Assembly: GCA_025786725.1 (NCBI GenBank)
Contig: JAHLTZ010000056.1
Coordinates: forward strand, 1 to 64,000
DNA from: Syncephalis fuscata S228
Taxonomy: Eukaryota; Fungi; Zoopagomycota
DNA: 64,000 bases
Reading direction: 5' to 3'
The position numbers and the translations under genes were made by a program. The notes below the pieces were generated by a model that saw only the letters and a program-made list of their open reading frames with translations, was not told where the DNA came from and ran no database searches. This document shows positions 1-11,785 of the stretch, piece after piece (position 1 is the first letter of the stretch; the number at the start of each line of letters is the position of its first letter).

Positions 1-568
1 CATTCGCTGGCACTGGCTTCTGGTGCAGGTGATAGAAATAACCTTCGGTTCCGTTTCGAGGTAGACCGGCGGTAATATTAATCGTGGCAAGTGTAGTCGT
101 GCCATTGTAAGTAAAATGCATATAACCAACGACGCCATATAGCTCAAACTTGGTTGCAGCATATCGAAATTTACTTTCATTGCCAGAAAGAGTTGGTTCA
201 TTTTGTGGTAAAGGTGCTGTTGAAGCAATTATTGTATCTTGGATAGCACTGTTGGCTTGTTTTATAGAATTGTCCGCATGTTCACTTTCTTTCACCGGTG
301 GCTGTACAGCTGCCGCAGCAATAGTCTCTGACTGTGACTGTGGCAGCGGTACGTACGATGTAGTATTGGCAGATGATGGTGGAATGCATAGGCAATCTTC
401 GTAATTATTATAATTTAATAAAGGCTGCTGGTTATTACTAGCAGGCGTGGTATCATTGTAAGATGCAGGTAAATCATCAATAATGATGGGTGGTAGGTTG
501 GCTTGCACAAAGGCTATTTGGGTAATAGCAACGGCCAGCGTTACAAAAATAGCACACGAGCGATACAT
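1..568 (-). CDS. Secreted Cu-only superoxide dismutase-like (SOD5-type) protein, 5' part; runs off the window
   Basis: Open frame from ATG at 568 to base 1. It is absent from the ORF track because no stop is in the window. It has a signal peptide MYRSCAIFVTLAVAITQIAFVQA, an S/T/P/Q-rich spacer, then GVVGYMHF...AGLPRNGTEGYFYHLHQKPVPAN, matching the YHxHxxPVP motif of fungal SOD4/5-type enzymes. Confidence 0.7.
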   Translation of the reverse strand, partial: MYRSCAIFVTLAVAITQIAFVQANLPPIIIDDLPASYNDTTPASNNQQPLLNYNNYEDCLCIPPSSANTTSYVPLPQSQSETIAAAAVQPPVKESEHADNSIKQANSAIQDTIIASTAPLPQNEPTLSGNESKFRYAATKFELYGVVGYMHFTYNGTTTLATINITAGLPRNGTEGYFYHLHQKPVPAN

Positions 569-1047
569 TGGAGAATAATTGAAGGTGCGTAGAAATATTT
601 CACAGGAATATTGATGTGGCTGATAGTATACTTACAATACGAATTTTTACGCTAATGGCCAGCAGTAGACGTAACAAACAGAACAAGTAGGAATAAAGAT
701 GTTTATTGAAAACTCGGTTGCATTGGATGCTTATTTATGACTAGTAGGCACGGCGGCCTCGGGCGTACACATGTGGATAAAGACAAAACCGGATTGACAG
801 CAGCATGGTGTGCATAGTGGTACCAAAAAACTGCAGTAGAGCGGCAACGCATGATGCAATTTGCATTCTTTGTGCCAGTAACTTGAAACACACAATAAAC
901 AATAACTACAAGCGATGTGACACATTAGAGTGCAATTAGTGTATTATAGAAACCATTTAATAGTGTAAAGTGAATGGATAGAACAGAGTTTTAAGCAATT
1001 GGTATGCTGGGGGGGGAAGAAAAGGACGAATATTAAAACGGTAAATA

Positions 1048-2855
1048 CTATTTGCTACCAAACAGATCCTTGCACAGCTCATAGCACCAGAAACTGACGC
1101 CAATGGCCGGTGCGACCTTGAGGTAATTTGGAATCATTCCTTTGTATAGGCCTAGTATGCCTTCTTTTGTAATGACTTGATGAATGGCATGCCATGTATT
1201 ACGATACTTGTAGCCAACTTCTTTCATTCCCGTTACTTGCATTCGACGTCGTAGTACATCGAGTGGATAAGTGATGGTCTGGGCAATAGAGCCGGCCAGC
1301 GCACCACAAAGAAGTTTATTGACCGAGGATGGCGACGACTCGCCAGGGCGGGTAAAGTAGGCCCGTAATACTTCATAGGCTTGGAAATTAAGTGCTACAT
1401 AAGGTGCCACTCCCTTGTGATTATAATTACGATTATAGTTATTATTGTTGTGTTTAATTTTACATAAAAGTTTACTTACCGCCATTGTAGGTCCAAGTCC
1501 ACGGTATAAAGCACGCAGTCCACCTTCTTCACGGTACATGAGACGCATTGTAGTCCAAATACCAGGTAGCTTTTGTGGTGGGCCGCGTACATTTCCTTCG
1601 CCAGCACCCATTGCACTCATCGCAGCACTTGTGTAAACACCAATCTCGGCACTCTGTACACTAAGACGTGTCCGTACAATATCCAACGGATAGGTAAAAG
1701 CAACGGACGTGATACCAGCACACGCTCCAGCCATTAATCGTCGTGGTGTATCTAGCTGATCTTTTCCACTTTCCATAAACATCTAAAAATTAATTAATTA
1801 ATTAATCAGTTAATTACATATAGGCCAATTAGTGTTGAATAAATTAAATATTCAATACTACGTACTTTTTTAAACTGTTCATAAGAGGCAAACTGCACTG
1901 CACTGTATGGCACAATACGTATTACGTTGGTGCCATTTCCGCGCATATAGCCAACCATGCCTTCTTCTCGCCAGATCTTGGCAAGTGTACCAAACACGCC
2001 ACGGTATTGAGCCGGTTCTGGACCTTGGACCTGGAAAAGAATTTTCATACGTTCAAGGGGCGACACGACAGTTCGAGAGACACCGCCGGCAATGCCGCCG
2101 GCAATAAACTGTTTTACGCCATCTGATGTCAGTTTACGCCTCCAATAGGCAGTTGAAAAAAAACCAGGTGTAGTTTGAGCAGCTTTTTTTTGTACAATGC
2201 CAATAGCCGCTGCACCTGTAGCTACTTGTACTGGTAGATTACTTGGTGCGGCCGCTGTTGCTACAGGTGTTCCTACCGTTCTAGTCGTTCCAAAAAGCGC
2301 GTCAAACCATATATTCATCTGATCATCCTCGGTATTGGTATGCCAGTGGCCTACTTGCATCAAATGATGCGCCTCTTCTCCAATAGAGTACGGCGTAACC
2401 AAAGCAAGATTGACCGCTTGACAGCAGGCATTTGATGTTAATTGACCACTTGCTGCCATTTTCAATGCCATTGTCATCATTGACTAAATAACAATGTCAT
2501 TCACACCACACGTTAGTTAACCAAGCATCAAATTATTGATTGTCCGTGTAGATGCAGATGCATGTGGCAAAATGCAGCATGCGTCCCTGATCTATTCTCC
2601 ATAGCCATCCTCTATCCATCATATACTTACCTCTTCAGGCCATCCCACAGCAGCCAACAGCTGGCCCGTCACATTCGGCAATTCAGCGCCCCGTTTCCAA
2701 TCGCGTAAGGGTAATAGGCTGACCGCTCCATTTGTTACCGAGCTCAGATCGCGAGGAGTTGCGATACCAATGAGATTCCACCAGACTAGCTCCGCCGTGC
2801 CATTGGCTGCGTTGGTGGTTATTGAGGGCGTGCCATCTATGGCCTTGACCGCCAT
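1048..2855 (-). CDS. Mitochondrial carrier family protein (YPR011C/SLC25A42-like clade), 4 exons
   Basis: Three PX[DE]XX[KR] repeats (PLERMK, PLDIVR, PLDVLR) plus EGxxGxxRG motifs. GT-AG introns at ~2484-2630, ~1783-1866 and 1414-1479 (66 nt, in frame, read through in the ORF track). The first exon is less certain. Confidence 0.85.
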
Positions 2856-3556
2856 ACTACTAGCGAGTTTTAGTAAATAAATGCTGTGTTCAACAGGACA
2901 AATAACGCGTATGATTTATTGGAATCACACCAATAATCCCAGGTGCATGCTTACATTATGAAAACAAAGTAAATTTAGACGCTACGCTTTTCTTCTAGTG
3001 GTGGATGAAGTGATGGCGTGCAATAGACGCAAAGAATACTGGAGTTACTGGATAAACAAAATAGAAAGGTGCACTACAAAAATCGAGAATCGGAAGTTAA
3101 TAAAAGGCCGCCGTGCATCAACTAGTAGCAAAAGCAAGGAGCTATTTTACTTTGAGCCTCATATCTTTTATTTTCCAAAAAAAGTATGGGGCTTAAAGTA
3201 AAATAACTTCCACATCATTTGTTATTTTTATTGCATGTGATTATCATAAAATGTTATATTTGCTATGTCTAATAGCTATGACCGTAATGAAAATGCAGTA
3301 TTTGTTATTTTTAGTAGCTATGGCTATCTTAAAAGAGTGGTTCTAATGTAATTAGGTGGTAAAATGTAATAGTATATGGATTAAATAATAATAATAGTAT
3401 AACTAATAAAGCGATGCTAAAATTATTTATGATTTTATGTAAAATGCAGCAAACTGTATGATATTTTGTACAATTATGCGTATAGTATATGTATAACTAC
3501 TAATGAACTATAGTGTAGTTATATTGCGTGGTGGTGCTATGATTGTGATAATATAT

Positions 3557-4057
3557 TAATAAATGTGTGAAAACAACAGTTTTTAGTCATTCATGGCTTA
3601 CATACTTAAAATACAGCAAAATGGTAGCCAGATTTGAGTTCTCCACGCTTAGTTATACAGATTGGTATGATTTATAGAGCAACGATTTCTGCAAAAAATG
3701 CTAGTCAAAAATGCGATTTACGTATTTTTGATTTACTTAGTAAAACATTGATATTAATATGTATAACTTTACTTAGAATGAACCAAATGACATGACATTT
3801 TGCACAGATATACTTATGATATATGAATAGCTATTGGTAAAGTATACCGCAACTGTATTGTGTGATGGTGCAACGATTGTAATAATACACTAATAAATGT
3901 GTAAAAATAACAGTTTTTAGTCATTCATGGCTTACATACTTAAAATACAGCAAAATGGTTGCCAGATTCGAATTCCCCATGCTTGGTTATACAGATTGGT
4001 ATGATTTATAAAGCAACGATTTTTGCAAAAAATGTTAGTCAAAAATGCGATTTACGT
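3557..4057. repeat. 334-bp tandem subunit, left arm (about 1.5 copies, preceded by a diverged half copy)
   Basis: TAATAAATGT recurs at 3557 and 3891, with near-identical downstream sequence. Confidence 0.9.
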
Positions 4058-4258
4058 GTTATTAGTTAGCAAAATTTTATTAAACTTTTTAACTTTAGGA
4101 AATTTAATATTAAGAATAATATTTTGACTAAAATAAATCTGAAGCACTCTATAATATTATAATAATTATGATAGCAGCTTAGTATGCAGAAATACCGATA
4201 TACTGTGGCGATTTATGACATATATATACATATATTTAAAAATTTGCTAACTAATAAC

Positions 4259-4986
4259 ACGTAAATCGCATTTTTGGCTAACATTTTTTGCAAAAATCGT
4301 TGCTCTATAAATCATACCAATCTGTATAACCAAGCATGCGAAATTCGAATCTGGCAACCATTTTGCTGTATTTTAAGTATGTAAGCCATGAATGACTAAA
4401 AACTGTTATTTTTACACATTTATTAGTGTATTATTACAATCGTTGCACCATCACACAATACAGTTGCGGTATACTTTACCAATAGCTATTCATATATCAT
4501 AAGTATACCTGTGCAAAATGTCATGTCATTTGGTTCATTCTAAGTAAAGTTATACATATTACTATCAATGTTTTACTAAGTAAATCAAAAATACGTAAAT
4601 CGCATTTTTGACTAACATTTTTTGCAAAAATCGCTGCTCTATAAATCATACCAATCTGTATAACCAAGCATGCGAAATTCGAATCTGGCAACCATTTTGC
4701 TGTATTTTAAGTATGTAAGCCATGAATGACTAAAAACTGTTATTTTTACACATTTATTAGTGTATTATTACAATCGTTGCACCATCACACAATACAGTTG
4801 CGGTATACTTTACCAATAGCTATTCATATATCATAAGTATATCTGTGCAAAATGTCATGTCATTTGGTTCATTCTAAGTAAAGTTATACATATTAATATC
4901 AATGTTTTACTAAGTAAATCAAAAATACGTAAATCGCATTTTTGACTAGCATTTTTTGCAGAAATCGTTGCTCTATAAATCATACC
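4259..4986. repeat. 334-bp tandem subunit, right arm (inverted); the third copy is interrupted by the copia element and resumes at 15070
   Basis: ACGTAAATCGCATTTT recurs at 4259, 4593 and 4927 (period 334). Confidence 0.9.
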
Positions 4987-5253
4987 TGTTAGAATGAAAA
5001 GGGACAATAGAATGGATTGAATTGAATAAAATGGATTGTTAATTATTTATTAAAATGTGTTACCGATTTTGGTTATTATATAGTTAGTGGATTCAATTTA
5101 GTCACGCGTTATGATGAAGTGTGATTGTTAGTCATGTGTTTGCATTTAAGCATGATTAACCAAATATGGTAATTAATGTCAGGCAAATACCTGATGGTCA
5201 GGGCCTTGGACATATTGAATGAATGCGGTGTAAACACACGCATTATTTCAATA
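4987..5253 (-). repeat. Copia 3' LTR (267 bp)
   Basis: Appears identical to 14798-15064. On the sense strand it is preceded by a short purine tract GAGTAGGAG that contains the ORF stop codon. Confidence 0.95.
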
Positions 5254-5256
5254 CTC

Positions 5257-6327
5257 CTACTCAACGCATTCATCAATACTTACTAAGCCAAGTTGTTTGG
5301 CTAATTTATTATGTTGTTGTTTTGCTAATCCTTTAGTAAATATATCGGCGCTATTTTCATTTGTTGGGCAATAATTGATATTGATTAATTTTTCATTAAC
5401 GGCGTCGCGCACGTAATGGTGTTGAATATCAATATGTTTTGAACGCTTATGATGGACAGGATTTTTACTGAGTGCAATACAACCTTGGTTGTCACATAGG
5501 ACAGTAATTGGCTGTTGATTATTGAGTTGAAGTCCAATAATAAAATTATTTATCCAGATGGATTCCTTAGTTGCTTCAGTTATAGCCATGTATTCAGCTT
5601 CGGTTGAAGATAATGCAACTGTTCTTTGACGTTTGCTGGCCCATGTAACAGCGGTGTCAGAAAAAGTATAGACATAACCAGTAGTTGATTTACGGTCATC
5701 AATGTTATTTGCCCAATCGGAGTCAGAATAACCGAGTAATATACCACTACCAGTTGAGTAAGTGAGTGAGTAGTGAGAAGTGCCTTTTATATATCGCATG
5801 ACACGTTTTATAGCATTCCAATGAATGGGGCGTGGATTGGATGAGTATCGGCTAAGTAGGCTAACTGTGAATGCTAAATCAGGCCTAGTTGCTTGTGTTA
5901 AATACATCAAGCTGCCAATAGCACTTAGATATGGTATGGTGGCCATATATTCGGCTTCCTTTTCAGTTAAAGGATCAGTACTTTTACACAGTTTAATGCC
6001 GGTGTCCAGAGGTGCTCCTACTGGCTTAGCATCGCTCATATTAAAACGGGCAAGTATGTCTTGAACATATTTGTGCTGTGAAAGCGTCATAGTGCCACAT
6101 TTTCTGTTGTAGGTAATTTGAATACCAAGTATGTGATGAATAGCACCCAAGTCCTTCATTTTGAATCGTGAAGATAAGTCAGACTTAATCTTTTGGACAA
6201 TGGTTGATGTGTTGCCAATAATAATAAGATCATCAACATAAACGGCGATATGAACAATGGAGTTGTTTGTGTGTTGAGTATAAACACCTGGATCAGCTTC
6301 GTTGCGAATGAATTTAAGAGATAGAAG
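5257..6327 (-). CDS. Copia polyprotein C-terminal part (RT C-half + RNase H)
   Basis: Motifs YVDD, GYSDSDWA, SSTEAEY, CDNQ and KHIDI. Joins in frame to 11786-14713 once the gypsy element and one TSD copy are removed (...VIDSF|LLSLKF...). Confidence 0.93.
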   Translation of the reverse strand, partial: LLSLKFIRNEADPGVYTQHTNNSIVHIAVYVDDLIIIGNTSTIVQKIKSDLSSRFKMKDLGAIHHILGIQITYNRKCGTMTLSQHKYVQDILARFNMSDAKPVGAPLDTGIKLCKSTDPLTEKEAEYMATIPYLSAIGSLMYLTQATRPDLAFTVSLLSRYSSNPRPIHWNAIKRVMRYIKGTSHYSLTYSTGSGILLGYSDSDWANNIDDRKSTTGYVYTFSDTAVTWASKRQRTVALSSTEAEYMAITEATKESIWINNFIIGLQLNNQQPITVLCDNQGCIALSKNPVHHKRSKHIDIQHHYVRDAVNEKLININYCPTNENSADIFTKGLAKQQHNKLAKQLGLVSIDECVE

Positions 6328-6332
6328 AAATG

Positions 6333-6670
6333 TGTAACAAAAATTCTCCCTCTCATTTATTATTACCATTTTTAGACATTATGATCGGTGTTTAAACACA
6401 CCGATCATCACACATGGTCCACGATGAAGTTAACACTCCGCCACCGCGTATTGTTTTATCTTTATCTTTTATTTTCTTTTATTTTTATTTTATTTTCTTT
6501 TATTGTTCTACTTAGATATTCCATATATCTAATAGAACAATATAAATACGCGTATGATTATGACCACAAATAAAGACATTAGTTCACTTTCAATATTCAT
6601 TTTTATTTTATATACATTATTGTATTGTGACTCGTAGTAACCGCAACAGTTCGCTGTATCTACGGTTACA
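6333..6670 (+). repeat. Gypsy 5' LTR (338 bp)
   Basis: TGTAAC...GTTACA termini; appears identical to 11448-11785. Confidence 0.95.
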
Positions 6671-6672
6671 TA

Positions 6673-6690
6673 TGGTAGCAACGGGTAGTT
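6673..6690 (+). promoter_or_regulatory. Gypsy primer-binding site (tRNA-iMet 3' end type)
   Basis: TGGTAGCA begins 2 nt after the 5' LTR and is complementary to the ...UGCUACCA end of eukaryotic initiator tRNA. Confidence 0.75.
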
Positions 6691-6843
6691 TAAACCTATC
6701 CACCTCGTTGCCTTGACTTACAGTGATACGAACCACCGATCACAAGCCACACGAACGAATACACCGATACCCAGTACGAACCACCGATTACAAGCCACAC
6801 GAACGAATACACTACTGATACTCAAGAAGAAATAACACCCATT

Positions 6844-7800
6844 ATGAACCCAGAATTGCCCAACACAAGTTTCGTTACCAACACTGACTTTATTTCAAGT
6901 TTGGTAACGCAAATTGTGTCCCAAAATAATGCTGCTACTGCCGATGCTGTTGTTACTGCCGCTGCCAATACTGCCGCTGCTATTGCCGCTATTCCATCTA
7001 CTTCTGTCACTGCCCCTCCTACTGCTCGTCCATCTGCCCCGCCACGATACAACGGCAATGATAAGGATATTTCAGTAGAGACTTGGTTGTACCGAGCACG
7101 GCAATATGTCAGGTATATCCCTGATGAAATTGAACGCATCGAAGTAGCCGCCACTTATTTAGATGGCACTGCCTCTAGTTGGTGGCAGAGTAATACTATT
7201 CACTCTGACGGTGACTATAGTCATCCATATACCACTTGGAGTGCGTTTGCTCATGCACTACGCCAACACATCTGTCCCGGTACTTCGGTAGAAGAAGACG
7301 CTTTTAGTCGTCTTCACATGTTACGACAAGCCAACAAAAGTGTCAATGATTATACGTTAGAATTTAACAATTTAAGACACACTTTTCCTATGCCTGATTC
7401 CGAAATGTGGCAGTTAGCTTTACGTATTATGTTTATTAATGGACTGAATCACGAAGTTAAATACGAAGTACAAAAAGCTACACCGTCTACATTACAATCA
7501 ACCATAGAAGTGGCTACTCATTTTGATTCGTTACGCAAGTACATTGGCAAATCATCAACTAACAACGTTCGCCATAACACACCTCGTCCAACGCAACAAC
7601 AACAGTTTCGCCCTCCGATTAACACACAACCAAGAAATGGCCCTATACCAATGGAACTAGACACCATTAATCGGTTACCTCCACTCACTGATGCTGAACG
7701 CGAAACGTTACGACAAAACGGCGGCTGTTTCCGCTGTCGCCAATATGGCCACATCATGCGTTTTTGTCCTTTGAATACGGGAAAAGTCCAGCACCAGTAG
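6844..7800 (+). CDS. Gypsy Gag
   Basis: Retrotransposon gag domain, PIPMELD motif and CCHC zinc knuckle [14 protein letters not shown]. Confidence 0.93.
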   Translation: MNPELPNTSFVTNTDFISSLVTQIVSQNNAATADAVVTAAANTAAAIAAIPSTSVTAPPTARPSAPPRYNGNDKDISVETWLYRARQYVRYIPDEIERIEVAATYLDGTASSWWQSNTIHSDGDYSHPYTTWSAFAHALRQHICPGTSVEEDAFSRLHMLRQANKSVNDYTLEFNNLRHTFPMPDSEMWQLALRIMFINGLNHEVKYEVQKATPSTLQSTIEVATHFDSLRKYIGKSSTNNVRHNTPRPTQQQQFRPPINTQPRNGPIPMELDTINRLPPLTDAERETLRQNGGCFRCRQYGHIMRFCPLNTGKVQHQ

Positions 7801-10800
7801 TGTCAGCATCACAACCTACTGGTGCCCAACTAAATACTATTTCTGTTGATGCCACCCCCGATCTTCTCTCGCTTACTTCTGATGATGAATTGCTTGTTTC
7901 TGCGCCATTATTTCCTCATGCTAATGTTGTTGATGACACTGATGCACTTTTAAAGGAACAAAGTTTATTGTCAAAATATCCACACGCTCACGATTTATTA
8001 CGTATCAATGCTCGTTTATTAGGTAGAAAAGTTACGGTACTAATAGATAGTGGAGCAGCTGATAACTTTGTATCCGCAAATCTTGTGAAACATATTCGCG
8101 CACACACCCATAAAGTTAAATACCCATCGACCGTACACGTGGCAGATGGCCGTTCGTATACGTGTGACCGCCAACTGGCTGGTGCGCTCCTTACTTCCAC
8201 TGGTTACAAAGACCGTTTATCGTTTTTGGTTGTTCCTTTAGAACACGACGTAATACTCGGTAAACCGTGGCTAGCCCGCTATAATCCACAGATAGATTGG
8301 TTAATTAACACTGTTACGTTTATGCATGATAATCGACACATTGTATGGCAAGCAAATGCACATAGACAACCAACCATATTGCCATTATCTGCCTTACAAT
8401 TTAAACGCTATGCTAAACGAACAGATGAATTACACCTAGCCATTGTACGACCAGCCGATAATCCGCTAAATGAAGTTGCTAATCACTCAAATGACCCATC
8501 CATCACTCCAGTATTGACTGGATTACGCAACGACTTTGCTGACGTATTTCCCGACAAACTACCGAAACAATTGCCGCCAAAACGTGATGGATTAGATCAT
8601 CGTATCGATTTGATACCAGGCGCAACACCACCCAGTAACGCCTTATACCGATTGTCCCCTCTGGAACTTAAAGAACTTAAAACACAACTTACCGAATTAC
8701 TTGACGCGGGATATATTCGTCCTAGTATATCGCCCTACGGTGCGCCTGTTCTTTTCGTCAAGAAGAAAGATGGTGGTATGCGCATGTGTGTTGATTATCG
8801 AGCGCTGAATAAAATCACTATCAAGAACAAGTACCCATTGCCAAGGATTGAAGATTTATTCGACCAAGTGTTAGGCGCAACTGTCTTTTCTAAGATAGAT
8901 CTACGCTCTGCTTATCATCAACTACGTGTAGTAGAAGAGGATATACCCAAGACGGCCTTTCGCACCCGCTATGGTCACTTTGAATGGCTAGTAGTTAGTT
9001 TTGGTCAAAGTAATGCACCATCCAGTTTTCAAACACTGGTAAACTATCTATTTAGGCCATTACTAGACAAATGTGTTATTGTCTATTTGGACGATATTCT
9101 CATCTACAGTAAAACACCAGAAGACCACGAACGACACCTACGTCAAGTATTACAAATACTTCGCGACAACCACTTATACGCCAAATGGTCAAAATGTGAA
9201 TTATTTAAGGATGAAGTTGAATATTTAGGCCATTTGCTATGTGCTAATGGTGTAAAAGCTGATCCAGCTAAGATAAAGGCCATTTCTGATTGGCCTACAC
9301 CACGAAACGTCACTGATATACGCGCTTTTACAGGCTTGGCCAACTACTATAGAAAGTTTATTAAAAATTACTCTGCTATAGCCACACCACTTACCGATCT
9401 ACTATGTCAAGATCGTCGTTTTTTATGGACCATTGAAGCTCAAAAATCATTTGATATACTAAAGAAGACGATGACCCAAGCTCCAGTATTACAAATAGTC
9501 GACGTACATCAGCCTTTCCGTGTAGAAACCGATGCTTCTGGCTTTGCTGTAGGTGCTGCCTTGTTGCAGCAAGATCGTGATGGTCATTGGCACCCCATTG
9601 CTTATCATTCGCGCAAAATGAAGCCCGCTGAACGCAATTATCCGGTACATGAACAAGAACTATTAGCATTAATAGATGCTTTAAAGATTTGGCGCCACTA
9701 CTTACATGGATCGTCATTTCACGCGTATACTGACCATAAAACCTTGCAGTACTTCCAGAGTCAACCGAATTTATCAACCAGACAAGCAAGATGGTCAGAA
9801 CTATTACAAGAATATGACGTATTGATCGAATATAAGCCCGGGAAAAACAATATTGTAGCCGATTCATTATCCAGACGGCCTGATTTACAACTGTCCAGTT
9901 TAACTACTGTCAGTTTTACATATATTGATCAAATTAAAAACTTGTACGCCAACGATGTTGACTTTGGTGAAATATACGCCCAGCTTAATACGACAACGCC
10001 ACTTCCAGCTCTTCGTACCAAGTTAGTCAAGTATCGGCTAACTGATGGATTGTTATATTTCAACGGTGATCGATTATGTGTACCTAAAAATAACCAATTA
10101 CGTCAAGATATACTACACGATCATCACGATGCCATCGTAGCCGGCCATCTAGGTGTAGACAAAACATACCTGGCTATTCATCGCCATTTTTACTGGCCAT
10201 CGCTACACAACACCGTCCACCGCTATGTCACTTCCTGCGATACTTGCCAACGTAATAAGGCCACTAATCGACGACCAGGTGGCCTATTACAACCACTTGA
10301 AATACCTGCACATGCATGGGACTCAGTTAGTATGGATTTTATTACACATCTACCACTCACTGAAAAAGGTGCAGATGCGTTAATGGTAGTAGTTGACCGC
10401 TTTAGTAAACAAGCCCACTTCGTGCCTACTACCAACACTGTCACAGCTGTTGACACCGCACGACTATACTTCGACCATGTATATCGTCTACATGGTCTTC
10501 CACGATCCATAATCTCTGATCGTGACCCACGATTTACTAGCCGATTCTGGGAAGCCTTATTTGAATTTACCGGTACTAAATTAGCCAGATCAACTGCAAA
10601 TCATCCACAGACTGACGGCCAGACTGAGCGAACCAACAGAACCATCGAAGAAATGTTACGTCATGTTATTAGCCAACAACAAGATGATTGGGATAAATAC
10701 TTACCTGCATTAGAATTTGCCTATAACAATAGTACTAACGCTACTACTGGTATTACACCTTTCTTCTCTGTATATGGACGTCATCCAATAACAACGACTA

Positions 10801-11432
10801 TGCCAGCTGATAGCGATAATATAACAGTACCAGCAGCTGAGGAGTTTTTACAGCGACTAGAAGCGATACAAAAGGCGGTAAAAGACAACATATCGTACGC
10901 TCAGGATAGACAGGCACAATATGCTAACCAACGACGTCGAGATGACACATTCCAAATAGGTGATCGAGTAATGCTGTCAACACGACACACAATGCCACGA
11001 CACGTAGCAGAACAGTCAAACTCCGCCCTTCGTACGCGTAAAACTGGCCCGTACACTATCATAGAGGTCATTAGTCCGACCGCGTACAAGATCGAACTAC
11101 CACCAGGCATGCGCATTCACCCAGTTATACACATCTCTCAGCTTACCAGGTATAAAGATCCGAACGTATTTCCAGGACGACCAACGGCAATTACTATGCC
11201 TATGCCAGAAATGATTGAAGGACAAGCTGAGTGGGAAGTGGAAAGAATAATAGGTAGAAGAACAAGAAAAGTGGGGATGAATGACGTGGAGGAATACTTA
11301 GTAAAATGGAAAGGATACTCAAAAGATGACAGTTCTTGGGAGCCAATTGAAAACTTGCAAAATGCTCAAGAACTATTAAATCAATACGAACACTCCACAC
11401 ACATACGATTAGCACTTGGGACAAGCGCCTGA
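7764..11432 (+). CDS. Gypsy Pol (PR-RT-RH-IN-chromodomain), in the -1 frame relative to gag
   Basis: LIDSGA protease, YLDD RT, TDAS RNase H, HHCC + DDE integrase, GPY motif, and chromodomain EWEVERI...YLVKWKGY...SWEP. Confidence 0.96.
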   Translation: MSFEYGKSPAPVVSASQPTGAQLNTISVDATPDLLSLTSDDELLVSAPLFPHANVVDDTDALLKEQSLLSKYPHAHDLLRINARLLGRKVTVLIDSGAADNFVSANLVKHIRAHTHKVKYPSTVHVADGRSYTCDRQLAGALLTSTGYKDRLSFLVVPLEHDVILGKPWLARYNPQIDWLINTVTFMHDNRHIVWQANAHRQPTILPLSALQFKRYAKRTDELHLAIVRPADNPLNEVANHSNDPSITPVLTGLRNDFADVFPDKLPKQLPPKRDGLDHRIDLIPGATPPSNALYRLSPLELKELKTQLTELLDAGYIRPSISPYGAPVLFVKKKDGGMRMCVDYRALNKITIKNKYPLPRIEDLFDQVLGATVFSKIDLRSAYHQLRVVEEDIPKTAFRTRYGHFEWLVVSFGQSNAPSSFQTLVNYLFRPLLDKCVIVYLDDILIYSKTPEDHERHLRQVLQILRDNHLYAKWSKCELFKDEVEYLGHLLCANGVKADPAKIKAISDWPTPRNVTDIRAFTGLANYYRKFIKNYSAIATPLTDLLCQDRRFLWTIEAQKSFDILKKTMTQAPVLQIVDVHQPFRVETDASGFAVGAALLQQDRDGHWHPIAYHSRKMKPAERNYPVHEQELLALIDALKIWRHYLHGSSFHAYTDHKTLQYFQSQPNLSTRQARWSELLQEYDVLIEYKPGKNNIVADSLSRRPDLQLSSLTTVSFTYIDQIKNLYANDVDFGEIYAQLNTTTPLPALRTKLVKYRLTDGLLYFNGDRLCVPKNNQLRQDILHDHHDAIVAGHLGVDKTYLAIHRHFYWPSLHNTVHRYVTSCDTCQRNKATNRRPGGLLQPLEIPAHAWDSVSMDFITHLPLTEKGADALMVVVDRFSKQAHFVPTTNTVTAVDTARLYFDHVYRLHGLPRSIISDRDPRFTSRFWEALFEFTGTKLARSTANHPQTDGQTERTNRTIEEMLRHVISQQQDDWDKYLPALEFAYNNSTNATTGITPFFSVYGRHPITTTMPADSDNITVPAAEEFLQRLEAIQKAVKDNISYAQDRQAQYANQRRRDDTFQIGDRVMLSTRHTMPRHVAEQSNSALRTRKTGPYTIIEVISPTAYKIELPPGMRIHPVIHISQLTRYKDPNVFPGRPTAITMPMPEMIEGQAEWEVERIIGRRTRKVGMNDVEEYLVKWKGYSKDDSSWEPIENLQNAQELLNQYEHSTHIRLALGTSA
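7779..7852 (+). promoter_or_regulatory. -1 programmed ribosomal frameshift signal
   Basis: G GGA AAA heptamer (7779-7785) in the gag frame, a 5-nt spacer, and a perfect 10-bp stem GCACCAGTAG/CTACTGGTGC (7791-7800 / 7816-7825). Loop GCATCA can pair with TGATGC at 7847-7852. Confidence 0.8.
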
Positions 11433-11444
11433 GAGGGAGGGGGG
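11431..11444 (+). promoter_or_regulatory. Gypsy polypurine tract
   Basis: GAGAGGGAGGGGGG, 3 nt before the 3' LTR. Confidence 0.85.
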
Positions 11445-11447
11445 TAT

Positions 11448-11785
11448 TGTAACAAAAATTCTCCCTCTCATTTATTATTACCATTTTTAGACATTATGAT
11501 CGGTGTTTAAACACACCGATCATCACACATGGTCCACGATGAAGTTAACACTCCGCCACCGCGTATTGTTTTATCTTTATCTTTTATTTTCTTTTATTTT
11601 TATTTTATTTTCTTTTATTGTTCTACTTAGATATTCCATATATCTAATAGAACAATATAAATACGCGTATGATTATGACCACAAATAAAGACATTAGTTC
11701 ACTTTCAATATTCATTTTTATTTTATATACATTATTGTATTGTGACTCGTAGTAACCGCAACAGTTCGCTGTATCTACGGTTACA
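11448..11785 (+). repeat. Gypsy 3' LTR (338 bp)
   Basis: Direct repeat of 6333-6670. Confidence 0.95.

Larger units (their letters stand above)
6333..11785 (+). mobile_element. Ty3/gypsy chromovirus, intact
   Basis: 338-bp TG...CA LTRs (6333-6670, 11448-11785) and TSD AAATG (6328-6332 / 11786-11790). Has a PBS, a PPT, and gag and pol ORFs with a C-terminal chromodomain. Confidence 0.97.

Noticed and set aside
3960-3980. tRNA T-arm/B-box-like GATTCGAATTCC in the repeat unit
   Set aside because: No cloverleaf or A-box, and the outer copies lack the motif.
3557-4986. CRISPR-like repeat/spacer or LRR-coding reading of the 334-bp units
   Set aside because: Eukaryotic context, no unique spacers, unit length not divisible by 3, and no ORF in the track.
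6328-6369. ATG in the antisense gypsy LTR, in frame with the copia RT/RNase H half (ORF 5257..6369)
   Set aside because: Chance fusion created by the insertion; there is no evidence for a promoter or function.
6388-6573. 61-aa hydrophobic ORF duplicated at 11503-11688
   Set aside because: It is the T-rich tract of the gypsy LTR read as codons, and it starts at GTG.
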